Positions 11,842 through 26,149 of a stretch of 64,000 nucleotides of DNA are shown here, piece after piece; positions within the stretch are counted from its first letter, which is position 1, and each line of letters starts with the position of its first letter. The translations under genes were made by a program, and so were the position numbers. The notes beneath the pieces were generated by a model. It saw only the letters and a program-made list of their open reading frames with translations. It had not been told where the DNA came from and ran no database searches. The stretch comes from Saccostrea cucullata (taxonomy: Eukaryota): NCBI RefSeq assembly GCF_032062105.1, contig NW_026941496.1, positions 62,001-126,000 on the forward strand, read 5' to 3'.

Positions 11842-14534
11842 CGTATACAACACTAGCACTTTCTCAGTTTCGCATGCTTTAGGTGCAATACGAAGTTTGT
11901 TGTGGTAAATCAGCCGATCGTGTAATCTCCTTTAGAAGTCTTGGCGATATAAAAGGATGTCAGGTAAATCTGATAGCAGGTAAGTCATACCTGTAAATTA
12001 ATCCAATCAAACTCGGCTTTAAATTCAGTGGCCCAACTTCACGGACTGTTAAATCTCAGAAGCTGAAAGATATCTCTAAAGAAAACAAATTCTTCACTTG
12101 ATTAAGATCCTATCCGATACTTACACTGTTTTTGTTTACCTGTTAGGAATGTCGATGTTATTTGATTCTCAGACTGAACGCTCTTAATTAACATTCAAAG
12201 CCTACTTAAATGAAAGGACCTTTTAACAAGAAATGATGTAAGAATGACTTAATTTAGTTAGATTCGAATGACAATATAAATAATGGCTCAATATTTTCCC
12301 GAAAATTAAACGTGGTATTGCTACCAGACTAGAAAAATCAAATGAATACGACAAAAATTACAAGATTAAAGAATCCTCAAGGTTCCCTTTATCAAATAGG
12401 ATTACATATTATGTATACATAGCCTGATTACACAGTTTTTCTGAACAGGTTAAATGGTGAAGAATGTGCATATTCAGTATTAATTTTTATTACCGGCGGT
12501 GAAGCACTGAAGACTACGAGACGGACGTTTAATTGACCGTTTTCCAAATAAGAAAATAATTTTAAAAAATAATATATTTTTAAAAAATCCTAACAACAAC
12601 ATTTCAGGTTCCCCCCTCATCATAAATTAAATATTATTGTGTTTTTATTGGCCAGTCGATGTTTTGATTTTGTGAAATTGCACGCATTTAAACCTGAACT
12701 TGAACTGTTGAAATGATTTATTCTTAATATTTGAATGAATAACAATTTTAAAATATGAAATACATACAGATTGTGCTAGAGCGTTAAAATAAACAAAGTG
12801 ACATCTCAAGTTTGCAAACAGGCATTGAAATGTTTTAGATACTGTCACCTGGTTTAGATTTTCATATGTGTGTATACTTAATAAAATCCTGATACTCTCC
12901 CTGACAGAGACTGTCCACTCGTGTTTTATTGACTTATCACGGGGCCATTGTTTGTACAGCCAACACACTCCTTTATTGGCAAAACAATATGATATTTTAA
13001 TGATAGGTCTGAATTTTTACTGACCGATAGAAAAGTGCATGGGGTTATAAGTAAACGGCACTTTTAAAAAGTCAGACATTCCATCACACAGTAAGGGTGT
13101 CAGTGATGGAATATGGCAGAAGAAACAGTTTTTTTTCGGTCAAAAGAAATTTCACAAATAACAAACAGTTATTTTCAATCTTTAAGAGTTTGTTAAAATA
13201 ATTATTATTACTGTATTTATTTGGATTTACCCAATTTCATCTTAAATAATCACAGTCGATCACTTTGTAGTGGTGAAAAATTATTCCAAATCACTATGAA
13301 GTAGAATTTATTCAAAAACTTCTACATGAGAAAGAGAAAACACTTTCTTTCACCTTCAAATCGATATCCAGATATATTTACGACGTGTTATCAATAAACA
13401 ATCAAGAATCCATTTATATGTTCAATCAAACTTGCAATGAAAAAGCACCACATATTCTGTCGCATGTTTCATATTTGGACATGACGATAGGGCCAACTTT
13501 TGACTAAATTGTATATAAAGATGACCAGTTTCACTAACATGTTCTGGATACGACCAACTTTTAAACCAAAGCAGGCTACTGAGAGACAAGTTAATGCTAC
13601 AAGGATTTCAAATATCTCGTTTAAATTTAATAGTTCGTAAATTCCATAATCATTAATATGACAAAGTTAGCAAATATAGTCCATCATTAGGCAGTTAGGT
13701 CGCTTTTGATCGATGTGTTGGTACCAGTAGTTAAGTTTTTTAATTATGCTAAAGTTGACAACAGAATATTCAATCTTTCTGCTCATGTACAAAAAAAAAA
13801 CCCTTGGCGGTTGAGACCGGTCGACAAGGATGGCTACTCTTCCAAAGATCCTAATTCCCTGACTGGAATTTCTGGGTGCTCTTTGACTCATTCACAGGTT
13901 AGTATTATTTGTAGATTACTAGTACTTCACCTTTTTTATATACCAGTACATTTTTGCAAGTGGCATTGGTGGTCATTGTAGGGTCATAAGTTAACCATTT
14001 GAGCCCTGTGTAGAGTCTCCCGGACTCTGAACCCATTGGGGAATTTTTCAACTCTGGTAGATAACTTCTCGATTATTCTTGTTATAGTTTAATTGATTTT
14101 CTATCTTTCATCTTGGCTCATCTTCATCAAGTATACAGACAGTTCTGCAAAATGTCCATAAGTTGAAAGAAAATTATCAGATGTCCTATATCCATTTTAA
14201 CCTCGCTTGTACTATGAGGATTTTTTTCAACCCTGATTTTTGAGAGGTCAATGTTTGCTGTGCTCCTGATTTGTATTGTTTGAATGGACTACTGTTCGTT
14301 ATCTCCATATATTATGTCATGCATAACTGCTTGATATGACAATGCCAACTGTTTTGTGCTAGTTGTCTAAGAGTAATTGCTTTCGAAAATTGCACTTAAA
14401 ACTTTTAGTTCTCCAAAGTCCTCAGTCATAAAACAACCCACTTTTTTCTCCGTAATTGCGATGAACAATAATTGATTGATTTTTTTTCTCACTTTATAGT
14501 CAATAAGCTGGAAAATCCTATATCTTTAGGAACG

Positions 14535-14845
14535 AGACAAGTCGACAGACAGAGACAGATAGTACTATCAGGTCATTTCACCCAGGGACGACGCAAGGCA
14601 ACAACATAGAAAGAGGGCAATAGGACACATTTAAAAGTCTTGGACGACGGACGGCGACAACGGATCGGGTCAGAGAAAACAGGGCACGTGATGATTGAGT
14701 CAGGGAAACGCAAGGCGACAACGGAGACAGAGAGCAACAGGACACGTTAAGTCACTCAGGCATGACAGGGGAGAAAGAGAGCAACAGATCACGTGAGTGT
14801 GTCAGTGATGACGCAAAGTGACAGACGGAGATAGAAAGCAACTGA
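14535..14845 (+). repeat. Degenerate purine-rich minisatellite, unit about 60 bp, about 5 copies
   Basis: Recurrent gacgcaaggcgacaacggagacagagagcaacaggacacgt variants. Confidence 0.7.
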
Positions 14846-16447
14846 TTACCAATATAAAAATTTAACAATTAAACTTTTACATACCAACAGGTTCAACCAA
14901 TTCGAATTTTCCTCTCCAAAGTCCCAACTGTACTCCAAAATGCCATTAAAATACGGTGTTCAAGTAAGGCATAAAATGCATAAACTAATATGAAATTGGA
15001 GTTCTTGTACAAATTTTGAGCTGCCGACCAGAATTTTTTTTCACCTTTCTATACAATACAATGATTTTTCGGTAAGGTCAAAACTAGTTTTGCCTACCAT
15101 GAACTTTGGTCTAAGATAAGGAAAATAATATGGTTTACTCAAGATTTTTGAATGCGTTTAAAATATTATCTCATTCGAAGTAATTCTTCTCGAAGAGTAG
15201 TAAGGGTTAAGATATCTTCAAATGACTTCAATGATAGTAAAGATTGCACATAAGAGCCTAGTAAATCTAGATTAAGGGTCAAAAGGTTAAGGTCATGGGT
15301 TGATATCTATGAAGAAGTGAGACCACTCCCGGTAAATTCTTGTTCTGCTCTGTGATACACTTACTACTCTTTTCTCAGCTTTAGCATTTTTAATGATAAC
15401 CTGGTCCGGACACCATAAGTTTTTGCCTTCATAGAAAAGTACAATTATCCTAATATGACAAATATGCGACGATGAATCGCAAGGCCAGAAACAGGCAAAC
15501 ATTGACAGCAGATTTATCCTCATTATCTATAACCAATGTGCATGAGAAATGAACTTTTGTTAGGGACTGCAAAAATGTTCACAGGAACTTTAAATGTCAA
15601 AAACTGTGTACACATACAGCTAGTTTTCGTGACACACATGTTGTAAATTATTGTCCTGGTTGATCTAGCAAGTTATTTTTGAAATTATATCAATTGAATT
15701 CTAAATATAAATTAAGCCATTAAAATTACCTTGAAGCTGTCATACAAAAATGATTAAAACCCAAACTCCACACCAAATATCAAAATCAAAAATGATTTTC
15801 CTCTCAGTGAAAGCAACTATTTATTTCTGTTATCAACACATAGGATGTATAAACCAAAGATAAAACACCTGTGCCATGCAGTGACATGCAATGATCCATG
15901 ATTTTTATTTTTCAAAGAGCGGCTGGAGTGTAGTTAGGGATTCACCCTGATTTAAACATGTATGTTTGAGTATATATAATTGTTGTACTTTACCTAAGAA
16001 TAAATTTTAAAACAGAATAAAAATTAATTGAAATTTTAATTTAAAAAAAACCTCGAAAATAAATAAAATGAAAAAAAGATTTGAAAATGGAAATTGGAAT
16101 ATTCACATGTTAAGGAATACAACTGACTGAAAAAGGAAGCGTTGGATACACATTGACACTTTTTCGATTGGAAAATCAACAAAAACTATAACTATTCCCT
16201 CTTGGGAATATCTTTTTACATCATGCCGGATCATATACAATGTACTGTTATTTTTCAGTAATGATTATCTTCATTAAACAATTGAAACGTATGAATTGCT
16301 GATAGATATTTATTTTCACTTCAACAAAAGGTAACAATTTGCTCAGAAACTTAGTCTATAAAATTTAACTATTAAAAATAACTGAAGGGAAAAATCATTC
16401 CATTCAACAAATTTTTTGAGTAAATTTATATTTTTCTCATATCTTAG

Positions 16448-18675
16448 TTCAAAGAGAGTTGAGGAATACAAGGAGTTTGCTGTCTTCACAGAAACAGATC
16501 CATTGATACACTGCACCATAAGACGACTGAGTCTTGACAATTGTGTAAAGAGAACTCTCCTGCAATGGCCAGCACTACAGTCCTATTTCCCAAGTCACAA
16601 AGATGTTGAAAGATCTGGAGGACGAGTGAAAAAGATTGCAGAACTACTGACCAATCCTGAAGTCAAACTTTACTTCTTGTTCCTTGATTTTATCCTTGTA
16701 CCTCTCAATGAGTTCAACACTCTTTTTCCGGTAAAATTAATGAATATGTGGTGCTTTAAGGTTTCGTCAAAGGTCAAAATGTCTAAAAAATTATTTTTAC
16801 AATAGCTCAAAAACTATGTGTGGTATAAAGTCAAAACGTTAATAGTTTATAAATATATTATTGATAAATAGATAGAAAGTATCACTTGGTAACAAATATT
16901 TTTTGAGAAAAATTGTATCAGAAAATGTGCAAATTTAAAGAAAAATGCACCTGCTTTATTCTGTCCTTTTTGTGAAAACCATCATTGCAGAAATAATATA
17001 TGTTTATCATTTAAGGGCAAGTTGGACGTGAATGGTCTCTGAAAGGCTGTTATTGAAAGCATGACATGTATAAAGACAAGACCCCTATAAAATCCGCCAT
17101 TTGCAATGTACTTTCACTTTCAAGTCTTAATTAACATTTGGACAAAATAAACAGGGAAAACAACTTTCCAGAGGCTGTCCAAGTCCAACTTGCCCTTCAT
17201 TGATCAACATATTTTGTTTCTGCAATGATGGTTTTCTCTTAGAGAACGGAATTAATTAGGTGTATTTTTTGAAAATATATGCATTTTAAAGAAGAATTTT
17301 TCTCAAATAATATTTTTTCCAAGTATTTTTTTTATCAAGTGATATTTTCTATCTGTTAATCAATGAAAAATTTATAAACAGTAAAAGTTTTAACTTTATA
17401 CCTCACATAGTTTTGGGGCTATTGTAAAAATAAATTTTTGGACATCTTGACCTTTGACGAAACCTTAAAATCTAGAAATAATTTAGTATTGAAATAAATT
17501 ATGATTGATGTCTTTTTTTGTCATTTCAACAGTGTGATCGTTGTCTGCTGGGATCTGTGAAGTCAGAAATGGAAAGACTCCTAAAAAAATACACAGCAAA
17601 CTTCATCAAAAAGTCCGTCATTTGAGAACACAACACAGACCTTACTAAAGTACTATTCTACTCTAATGAGGCCCAACTTACAGATGAACGCCTGGCTGTT
17701 GGAATGTCAGCTAGATCTTTCCTGGCAGAAGAGGAGGAAAACATTCCAATTGCAACACCATCAAGATTTTTCATATAAGTAATACAGAATCAAAATTTCA
17801 CTTTGAAACATAATAAACAAAATTTAAAAAAAGTAAAAATAAAAATTTAGAAATTATGTTGTTTCTCATTGTAGGTTTGTCAGAAAATTCTACCAGGCTG
17901 TGGTTTCTAAAATGGTGAAGAAATTTCCATCTAATGATTCTTGTTACAGGATCTCAGAATCATTGATCCCCAAAATAGAAAGGATATTACAGCTGAGACA
18001 GGTTACAACAGTTATTTATTTCAAAGACATGTGCACTTAAAAAAAAATAAAATCATACACTCTGATAATTTTATTCTTGTAATTCAGCAATGAACTTGAC
18101 TAAGAGGTTCAAAATTCTTCAAGATGAGGACCTGGACTCTTAAGTGCTTTGGCTGATGAGTGTCATGATTATGCAGTTTCCCCCGATGATGACCTTCCAT
18201 CAGCTGAACAGGAAATCAACACATTTTGGATTGAAATGTCCCGAAAGAAGCTGGCCAATGATGAGCTCAGATTTCCCAAACTTTGCTCTATAATTAAAGC
18301 CATGATGGCAATTCCAAAGTCAAATTTTGAGTGTGAAAGAGTGTCTTCTTGTTAAAAGAAAATCCAAACCAGTTTCAGGTCAGAGTTATCTCAGGAGACC
18401 ATCTGTTTCATTCTAGCAAGTACACTTAACAATGACAATGTTTGCTTTCAGTCTATTCCAACAAAGTCAACTCTCCAAATGGCAAGAATAGCCACTAAAC
18501 CTACTGTGAAGAACACAAAAACTTTTGTCTGATTTAGTATTGTTGTTAATCTCATTATTCATTATAGCAGAATTTGAACATTTAGCAAAAATGCCGCGGA
18601 AAATGCCGCGCACAATGCTCCCTCTTTTGTAGTAAAAATCTCCCTATTTTTCACCACTGCAGGTTAACGTGTATG
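16448..18675 (+). pseudogene. Intron-containing hAT transposase pseudogene (3' part) with probable right terminus
   Basis: Exon-like blocks 16448-16730 (KRVEEYKEF..IRRLSLDNCVKRTLLQWPALQSYF..LNEFNTLF), 17533-17774 (internal TGA, donor mutated to ATAAGT), 17875-18001 (frameshift) and 18088 to about 18530 (FW..RFPKL..AMMAIPKSNFECERV..KKIQTSFRSEL, the hAT dimerization motif). Terminus-like AGGTTAACGTGTATG ends at 18675. Confidence 0.82.
16760..17464. mobile_element. Non-autonomous foldback element with long TIRs and TTAA target duplication (Kolobok-like), inserted in a hAT intron
   Basis: TTAA|GGTTTCGTCAAAGGTCAA ... TTGACCTTTGACGAAACC|TTAA. Imperfect inverted arms extend about 270 bp (to AAGGGCAAGTTGGAC / GTCCAACTTGCCCTT). 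Confidence 0.85.
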
Positions 18676-19189
18676 ATGGAATATTCACGTGTCAAAGAAT
18701 ATAACTAACTAAACTAACTAAAATAGGAAGCGATGGATACATATTGATACTTTTTCGATAGGAAAATCAACAAAAACTATCATGTTTATTCTTCTACTGT
18801 GGTATTTTCACTTAGTAAATATCAATTTTCACATTATTTTTGTCATGAACATGTATTTTATTTACAGATTAGAAATTGTATTTCCATTATTTCTACATTT
18901 AAAATATACCGAAAGTTACATTTTCAACTAGAGTATTAATTTATTTTACTCGAAGAAGAAAATAAAATATTTGGGCCTGAAAGACAACAAATTGTATGGG
19001 TAAGATGTACACATTTTCATAATCATTACATGAACTCTTAATAAGTCATATATTATAATTATAAAAATTATAATCTTATTTGAGTTTGGAAAAAAAAAAA
19101 CAGCTGATAGCTTATCGCACATATCAGGAAAAATGAATATTCAGATTTTTATTTATCAATAAAAATATATCGGAAATAAAACACAATAT

Positions 19190-19750
19190 CGCTATTCTTA
19201 ACCTGCAACCAAGCTTTATGATAATTAAACGTGATAACTATAACTTTGCTATCGTCACCTTCCCTTACGTATACTGCAATGTGGTTTCGTCGCCTGCGTC
19301 GGAGTTTGTGTATCTCAGTTGATTCGATTCACAGGAGCATGCTCTACGTGTGGGCAATTTCTTGAGCGAGGTAAGTAATTGACAAACGGGTTGATGGGGC
19401 AGGTGAGTCTGCAGTATCGTTGGGAGTCATTATTTCGAAAATTCTATGGTCCATACAATGACCTTGTCAGCGGATACAATTTGTCGTGGAGTCGGGAGCT
19501 GACTGGCGTTTTTCATGCTTGTTGTTGGTTGTTGGTCCGTTGTTTTTACACTGAGATGATGGCAGATTTTCCTTTGTTACCCGATCATGACAAGGAGCAC
19601 ACCACGGGTGTGATTGGTCGGCAGGCGATGCGCACTCCTCCATAGCACCTGATCCCACCTCTGAAGTTTTTCAGCTCTGTGTTTGCTCTGCTCCGATTTT
19701 GTATTGTTTATATAGCCTTTTGATCTTGAAGACTATTCGATCTCCATATG
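19190..19750 (+). mobile_element. Penelope-like retroelement 3' fragment
   Basis: TTKLYDxRD, SQLIRFTGACSTCGQFL and FRKFYGPYNDLVS, then the conserved 3' UTR (gcacctgatcccacctctg). Confidence 0.82.
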
Positions 19751-21661
19751 TTTCACTCCGCTGATTTAAAGCAAATCTGCAATAGGGAGCTTTAGTGTTC
19801 GTTCTTGTCTTCCGTGATCTGTCTTTCGCTTTCAATTTTATAATTTCGACATTTTCTTAACAGCAATCTTGACAATTTTACCAAGTTTGGCATGGATCAT
19901 CCTTGTGTTAAGGATTCAAAATGGGCTATGTCCTTTTTCAGAAGAGATAAATTGATACATGTACATTAAGATTTAATCTAATTTGGCAAAGAATTCTTGC
20001 TGAATTTCATCAACCATCGTTACTACTAGTTGACTCCACTTAAGTAACAGCTGTGTGGGTTACACAAGAATTCAGACGTTTCGTATTATTCAGACTATAC
20101 CCGAACTTACCGTTCAAATTCATATTTAAAACAGAGAGGAATATATAGAGCGATTCAAGAGCAATTCGATTCTTCTCTTCTCATCTTGTATTTGATACTG
20201 AATTGAATTATGAGAGATGGCTCAAATATCAACATACACAATATACTTAAGGCAGTATTAGATTAAAGATGTGGCATCTGATTTAAAAGACGCAAATAGT
20301 CAGTCACTGGAACATGATTTAGAAAAGAACATCCATTGTAAATTGATGCCAATTCATTCTTCTTAGAGGTCACAAAGGAGGATGAATTCCAAGTGCACAA
20401 ACACAGATCTGAAAAGTACGAATACTATAAAAGTGACGATATCGGTATATACATAGAAAAAGCAGATAGAAACAGTAGGTTTTTGAAAGATGCAGTCTCA
20501 AAGCACCTCTTTGCAGTTATGAAGCACGAATTTGTAACTATTTTTCAGCTCACCGCAACGAACTTGATCGTGGGGAGCTTACGCAATACCCTTGGCTTCG
20601 GCATGTTGGCTACCAAGGTTGAAGTTTTTGGAGCGAGCAGATTTCTTTTCAACTACTTCTATGCCCTTCTTTAATCAGAGATGTACATAAAATGCTTCCT
20701 TATTTTTCTTTGAACCAGTTAAAGATTCAGATGCTTCAATTTAGTAAAGAATGATCAGACTAGTGTTTTGGGGGCCGGATGAAATTGCAGTAGGTCGCAT
20801 TTCCAAGTAAATGTAAGTCCTACTTGAGTTTTGGTCCTTGCATGGATGATAATTTTTAGGATGCACACTACCAGACTTGCTTGGGATGCTCGACCAGTGT
20901 TCATTTTCCGGATGAGTGACCAGGTTAAAATTTTTGGTAAGACGATATATCAAATAAAGGCATTTTCATCTCGGACTAAACTCTGACGAAAAGTCATAAA
21001 CCAACTGTACCTTTAAACCAAATTTTGGTTTTGAGAACTCTAAATTGAAAGGGAACGATTATCATACCAAAACTTTCCTCAAGATGAAAGGTTTTGTCAT
21101 AGATGTAACAACAATTAAGTTGATGATGAAAAACATTTTTTTTATTCTTCTGCAGTCATATAAAGGGAAAAAGGGCTATTTTGTATAAGATATAAGAAAA
21201 CTGTTGTAAGAATTTTGACAAGATGGACAATGACCAAAAACTCGTATGGTTAATAACCAATGAAAATGTTGGAATTCTTAGTCAAGTATGTGAAATGATT
21301 TAAAATAAAGGCATATGACTCCTGAAGAATGGTATCTGCTACCAGGCCAGCAGAATATATACTTAATTATGTAACAGTACCATAGTAATTTTATGATTAT
21401 TTGCTAGCTTTTATCTACTGATTTCTAATCTAGTCTGTTCATTGAAGTGTAAAGCAGTTTGGTTTTTCCTTAATATTGTATTATTATATATCATATGCGA
21501 TGCTCATATATTTGATTTCACTGAGAACATTACAAAGTACCAGTAATTCAACTGTGAGAACTTTTGCAAGTGAAGATTAGGCTAATATTACACTTACCGG
21601 GTAATACATGTACATGTACATCCAATACCTGTTCATGGTGTTATAATCATGATTACATGTG

Positions 21662-21836
21662 CAGTGAAAACTGTCTAATCCGACACCTGAATAATCCGAC
21701 ACACTGTGCATTCCGACATTAAATTTCTTTCCCATTTTAGTATTTTCCTTGTTTTAACACTGTGCAATCCAACATCCTGTCTATTCCGACACAAAAATCG
21801 TCTCCCAGTGCATATCGGATTAGACAGGTTTCACTG
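21662..21836. mobile_element. Tc1/pogo-type MITE (CAGT..ACTG termini); related fragment at about 47545-47650
   Basis: CAGTGAAAACTGTCTAATCCGA ... TCGGATTAGACAGGTTTCACTG|TA with internal tccgaca repeats. Confidence 0.8.
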
Positions 21837-22379
21837 TATATTGTTTTTAATTGCACTGAAGAGTATATATTTCCAAGTAACACAGAGAAGTGCCTCAATC
21901 AAACTTTAATGGATGATGTATTAAGAGATGCACACGATTAGATTCTTCTTCCTCCATCCGGCCTCCATCAGGTTGAAGGTTTAGTTTGGGACTTTGCCTT
22001 ACATAAAGAAAACATTTGTTGAGGTGAGATTAGTTATTTATCTGAGTAAATTTAATTAAAAAAAATAACTCTGCCATGTCTGCAAATGTGAATAATATTT
22101 CATAATGATCTTATCCATTATTAGTTAAGATACAATTAATGGAAGAACAATTAAAACAGCTACTAAAGTGTTTGATTTGCATTTTTACTTGGCATTAAAT
22201 TTTGTGACATCAGAATAAGGATCATAAACTTTTTACCTCTTCCTTGTTTTGGAAATTTTAGTGCCAAAGCGTTCCACACATTCAATAAAGAATCCAAGTA
22301 CTAGTTAACGACCCTGTACCTACAGTCTTCACCATTTTGCTACGGACCCTGAACAAACCCAATCATCAACCTATTGTAT

Positions 22380-24279
22380 GGGTCATCTTCAAAAAAAAGG
22401 TTCATTTTTTTGAATGACATATTTTTGGAAAAATGAAAGTGGTTTTACTATGATTTTTTCAACTTATTTGAATAATACAGTAATAAACTACTAAAATCCA
22501 CTGCATTGCAGAAAAGAAAATATTTCTTTTAAAAAATATTGACATTATATCTTAGTCATTTTAACTTTAATGTCCTTCCTGTTACTTTCATAAAAAGAGC
22601 TGTAAATTTTAATTTAAAGAAAAACAAATGACAAAACTTAAATAGGTATATAAATACCAGGATAATTTGTCCCTCCTGTTACAATTTCTGTCCATTCTGT
22701 TACAGGAGTGCATGTTTAAGTTATAATGGCACTATTTGAAGCACAAACATATTTCAATATGATTTACGAAGTTTTTTAACATGTGTTATTAAACTTTTAC
22801 CAGGTATTACTTAGAAAAATAAAAGTAATTTTTTTATTGTTAAAACTCAAGAAATGAAGTCCAGTTTTCCGTACTGTTACCATGTTAATGGTAACAGGAA
22901 TGACAGTAACAGGATGGACGTTTCTCATATAAATCACCCGTTATTTAGTATAATGTACTCTTTATGCATCATCGAGACATTGAAACTATTTCTTTGTAAC
23001 TTAGTTCATCTAATTGTTCTAGCAGAATAAAAAATTTAAAGAGTACTTGCATATTATTAAGGTAACACATAGGGCATATTTTCATTATACACTACCATTA
23101 AGACAAACTTATCGACCTTTGAACCCTTTCTTTATTCACTTTCAAATCATGGCGCTCATAAACTTGAGACAACAGAAAATGATGATATATTGAGGATCGC
23201 GAAAACAGTTCCTAGGAAAGTGAGATAACTTTTATTTTAACATTTTCTTTTTGGTAACAAGAATGACATTAACTGGTAGGACATGTCACTTCCGGAATGT
23301 TAAATGCACAATACTAGTATTTAGTGGGCGGCATAAGTAAAACACCCATATTAAATTAATCTGTGAATGAATTCAATTAATAAGAGGTGTAAAATTTGTA
23401 CATATCTACACAGGGTAATATTTTCCCTATCATTTAACTAAGCGCGTTATAAAATTTCTTTTAATGTGACATGGTTTACTGTTAAATTTTACTTGGTTAA
23501 TTATTTTAACTCTTATCATAATTAATCAGATGTAACCATGGCAATAAATTTTATTTTATTTGACGTAAAATAGTTTGAATAATATTTATCATTAAACAAA
23601 TCTTGCAAATTAATGCGCGTAAATTATTTTGTTACCTTTTTGCACTAAAAAGTAACATATTTGGGGTGTTGAAAAACTAAATAGGCAATAAATTTTTTTC
23701 TTAAATCAAGCTTTTTACGGCTTAAGTGCTGTTCAGTCGCAAGTATCCAGTACTTTAAAATAATGAAAGAAAAAGTTGGGGTCAGTGATGTTAATTTTGA
23801 AATATTGGTCAAAATATGTGATTTTCAGGCGAAAAATGGTGTAAATTTTATCTTAACTAATTTGACATATCATTATTTTTGGCAAAGTTTGTTGAAGGAA
23901 GGTGTAAAACTTGATCGAAAAATATAAATTAAGACCTATATTTAATATTCTTGCTTCTTGCTTTCTTTGTAGCTTTTTGAGCAGTTTTCTCGTTGAATGT
24001 TAAATCATTAACAATTTGAATATGTTATAAAAATTGAATTTTGATAAATAGTTTTGATGTAAGAGGTTCTGCGTGAACTTTTCCAAAAAGCTGACGAGTG
24101 ACATACCTTAAATGCATAGAATATTTTTTATAAAACACCTGGGAGATGATCATAAAATAACTTATAAGCTGTATGACCATGTATATTCACCAACGGGAAA
24201 AAATTTCACTCTAAAGAATATTTTTCCTATTATTTTGATCAAAAGACAAAAAAAGTGAACTTTTTTTTGAAAATGACCC
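22380..24279. mobile_element. 1.9-kb non-autonomous DNA transposon with GGG..CCC termini and AT flanks (ISL2EU/Harbinger-related)
   Basis: AT|GGGTCATCTTCAAAAAAAAGGTTCA ... TGAACTTTTTTTTGAAAATGACCC|AT; no ORF. It splits a degenerate gctac..ccctgaac repeat array. Confidence 0.75.
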
Positions 24280-25837
24280 ATATAGCTACAGTCCTGAACA
24301 ACAAAATTGTCATTTTAGCTATACATGTATAGACCCTGTACTTGACGATCATTTCCCTACTCGCTACATGCCCTGGACAAGCTATTTCGAACAAAGTAAA
24401 CACCAAACTCCAAACTGCTAATTACATGTTCGGTTTTTGGTAACGCAAGAAATATTGTTAAATATGAGAAAAAGGTTATCTTAGAGGAGAATGAAGAAAG
24501 AGAGACGACTCCAAACAACGTTGAATTCTTGAATGAGGATTTTCGCTGCAGAGCATTTTGACAATTTCCCCGTCTACACTAATGATAAATGAAGGTTTAC
24601 GACAGTGAAGTCTTTATTCCTGTAATTATAAGTATATATCTACAGCAGCTATTAACAAACATCGAGAGTTGTCCCATTTTTCGGAGATACTTATTTTTTT
24701 CGTTGCAACAAGATCTGGACTACAGATTGCAAAAAAGGTAAATTCTGTTTATGAAAACTTTATTTAACTTATTTTCTTATTTGAAAGAGAGGTATTTCGT
24801 GAAATTAAAAAAATAAAATATATGTTTATTATTTTTCAATATTACAGCATAATGTATTACACAGTAGAAATTACATGCAACCAGTGGCCTCGAAAGTATG
24901 TGCAATTTTTATAGAGGTCATTTAAAAACCTCGACTTTCTTAATTTTCAAAGATATGCTCAATATCACTTTAGCAAAAACCATATGATCACATGCTTTTT
25001 TAAAAAATCATATGATGTAGTCTGATGAAATAGATTTCTTATGCTTTGTTAACAGTTTTCCAAGTGTCCATTTACATGATTTTAGTGCACAAGGTTACAT
25101 GTTTCTCATTAATGCTGTTCTCAGCTCTTTTTCACAAAAATAAGCAAAATCATCGGAAAATTGTTACATATATGAAGTAAGACGAATATGAAGATCTATT
25201 TGCGAAGTATATTTTCATTAATAAGGCTCTGTATTTATATATAGATCGATTGGAAGGCCGAAATCCTACTCCTAAGTTGGAGACACTGAATGTAACAGCA
25301 CTTGACTTTACATGACTACACATCTCGTTGATTAACTCTAAGACGAAGCTTCATGGTAGGTGATGAATACATGTATGTGAGCATAATTACTGAAACTATA
25401 TGGCAATTAATATAATACGAACACGTCCTACAATAACATCTGTGAGTAATCCTATAATTTTCTCTAAATTCGCTCATCATGCTATTACATTGGTATGTAC
25501 ATCATATATAAGCTGTTATTTTGTTTTAAGTCCAGAGGAAGATTGGATTGAGATGTGAGAACTGTAGATAACGTTGTTTTTGTAACTTCTTTTCGCGAGA
25601 TATAGCTTTCTATTATTATTCACAAGCTGTTGTATATAAACTAGTAATCCTTACTGTCCTCTACAAAAATTTGATTTTTTCAATTAAAATTTGTATATGA
25701 CAATAATTAGCACATTTTGATTTTTTTTTCCATCGTGATATTACCAATAGAAATATATGCGGGGATAATTTTTTTGCGAACAGTTACAGTTAGACTCGCG
25801 GAATTACGCGAAAATAAAGATAATACCAAAGAGCATG

Positions 25838-26108
25838 CACTGAAAAAATAACTAGTTAAAGTCACTAAGAAGACTAGTAAATTTACTGTCCATACGATCA
25901 CTACCTTAAAAGTAGTTTTACTGGGTATTGGGTGGATTTACTAGATAAGATTAGTCAATCTAGAATTTAAAAGTAACTTTCACTAGTAAGTATCTATACG
26001 ACCCCTCTCCACTTCTCACTAGCTTAGTCAGTAAATTGAAAGTTTACTAATCACGACAAACGTTTTTCGAGGCACACTAGTTTAATTAACCTGTTATTTC
26101 TTTCTGTG
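25838..26108. mobile_element. EnSpm/CACTA-like MITE
   Basis: CACTGAAAAAATAAC ... GTTATTTCTTTCTGTG termini with many ACTAG subterminal repeats. Confidence 0.55.
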
Positions 26109-26149
26109 CAGATTTTAAAACTTCAGTACATGTATTTATACAATTATTA

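Noticed and set aside
14535-14845. CRISPR-like array
   Set aside because: Whole units are degenerate copies with no unique spacers, and the context is eukaryotic; it is a minisatellite.
16416-18530. Domesticated, functional hAT-derived gene
   Set aside because: Internal stops, a frameshift, a mutated donor and a missing N-terminus indicate a pseudogene.
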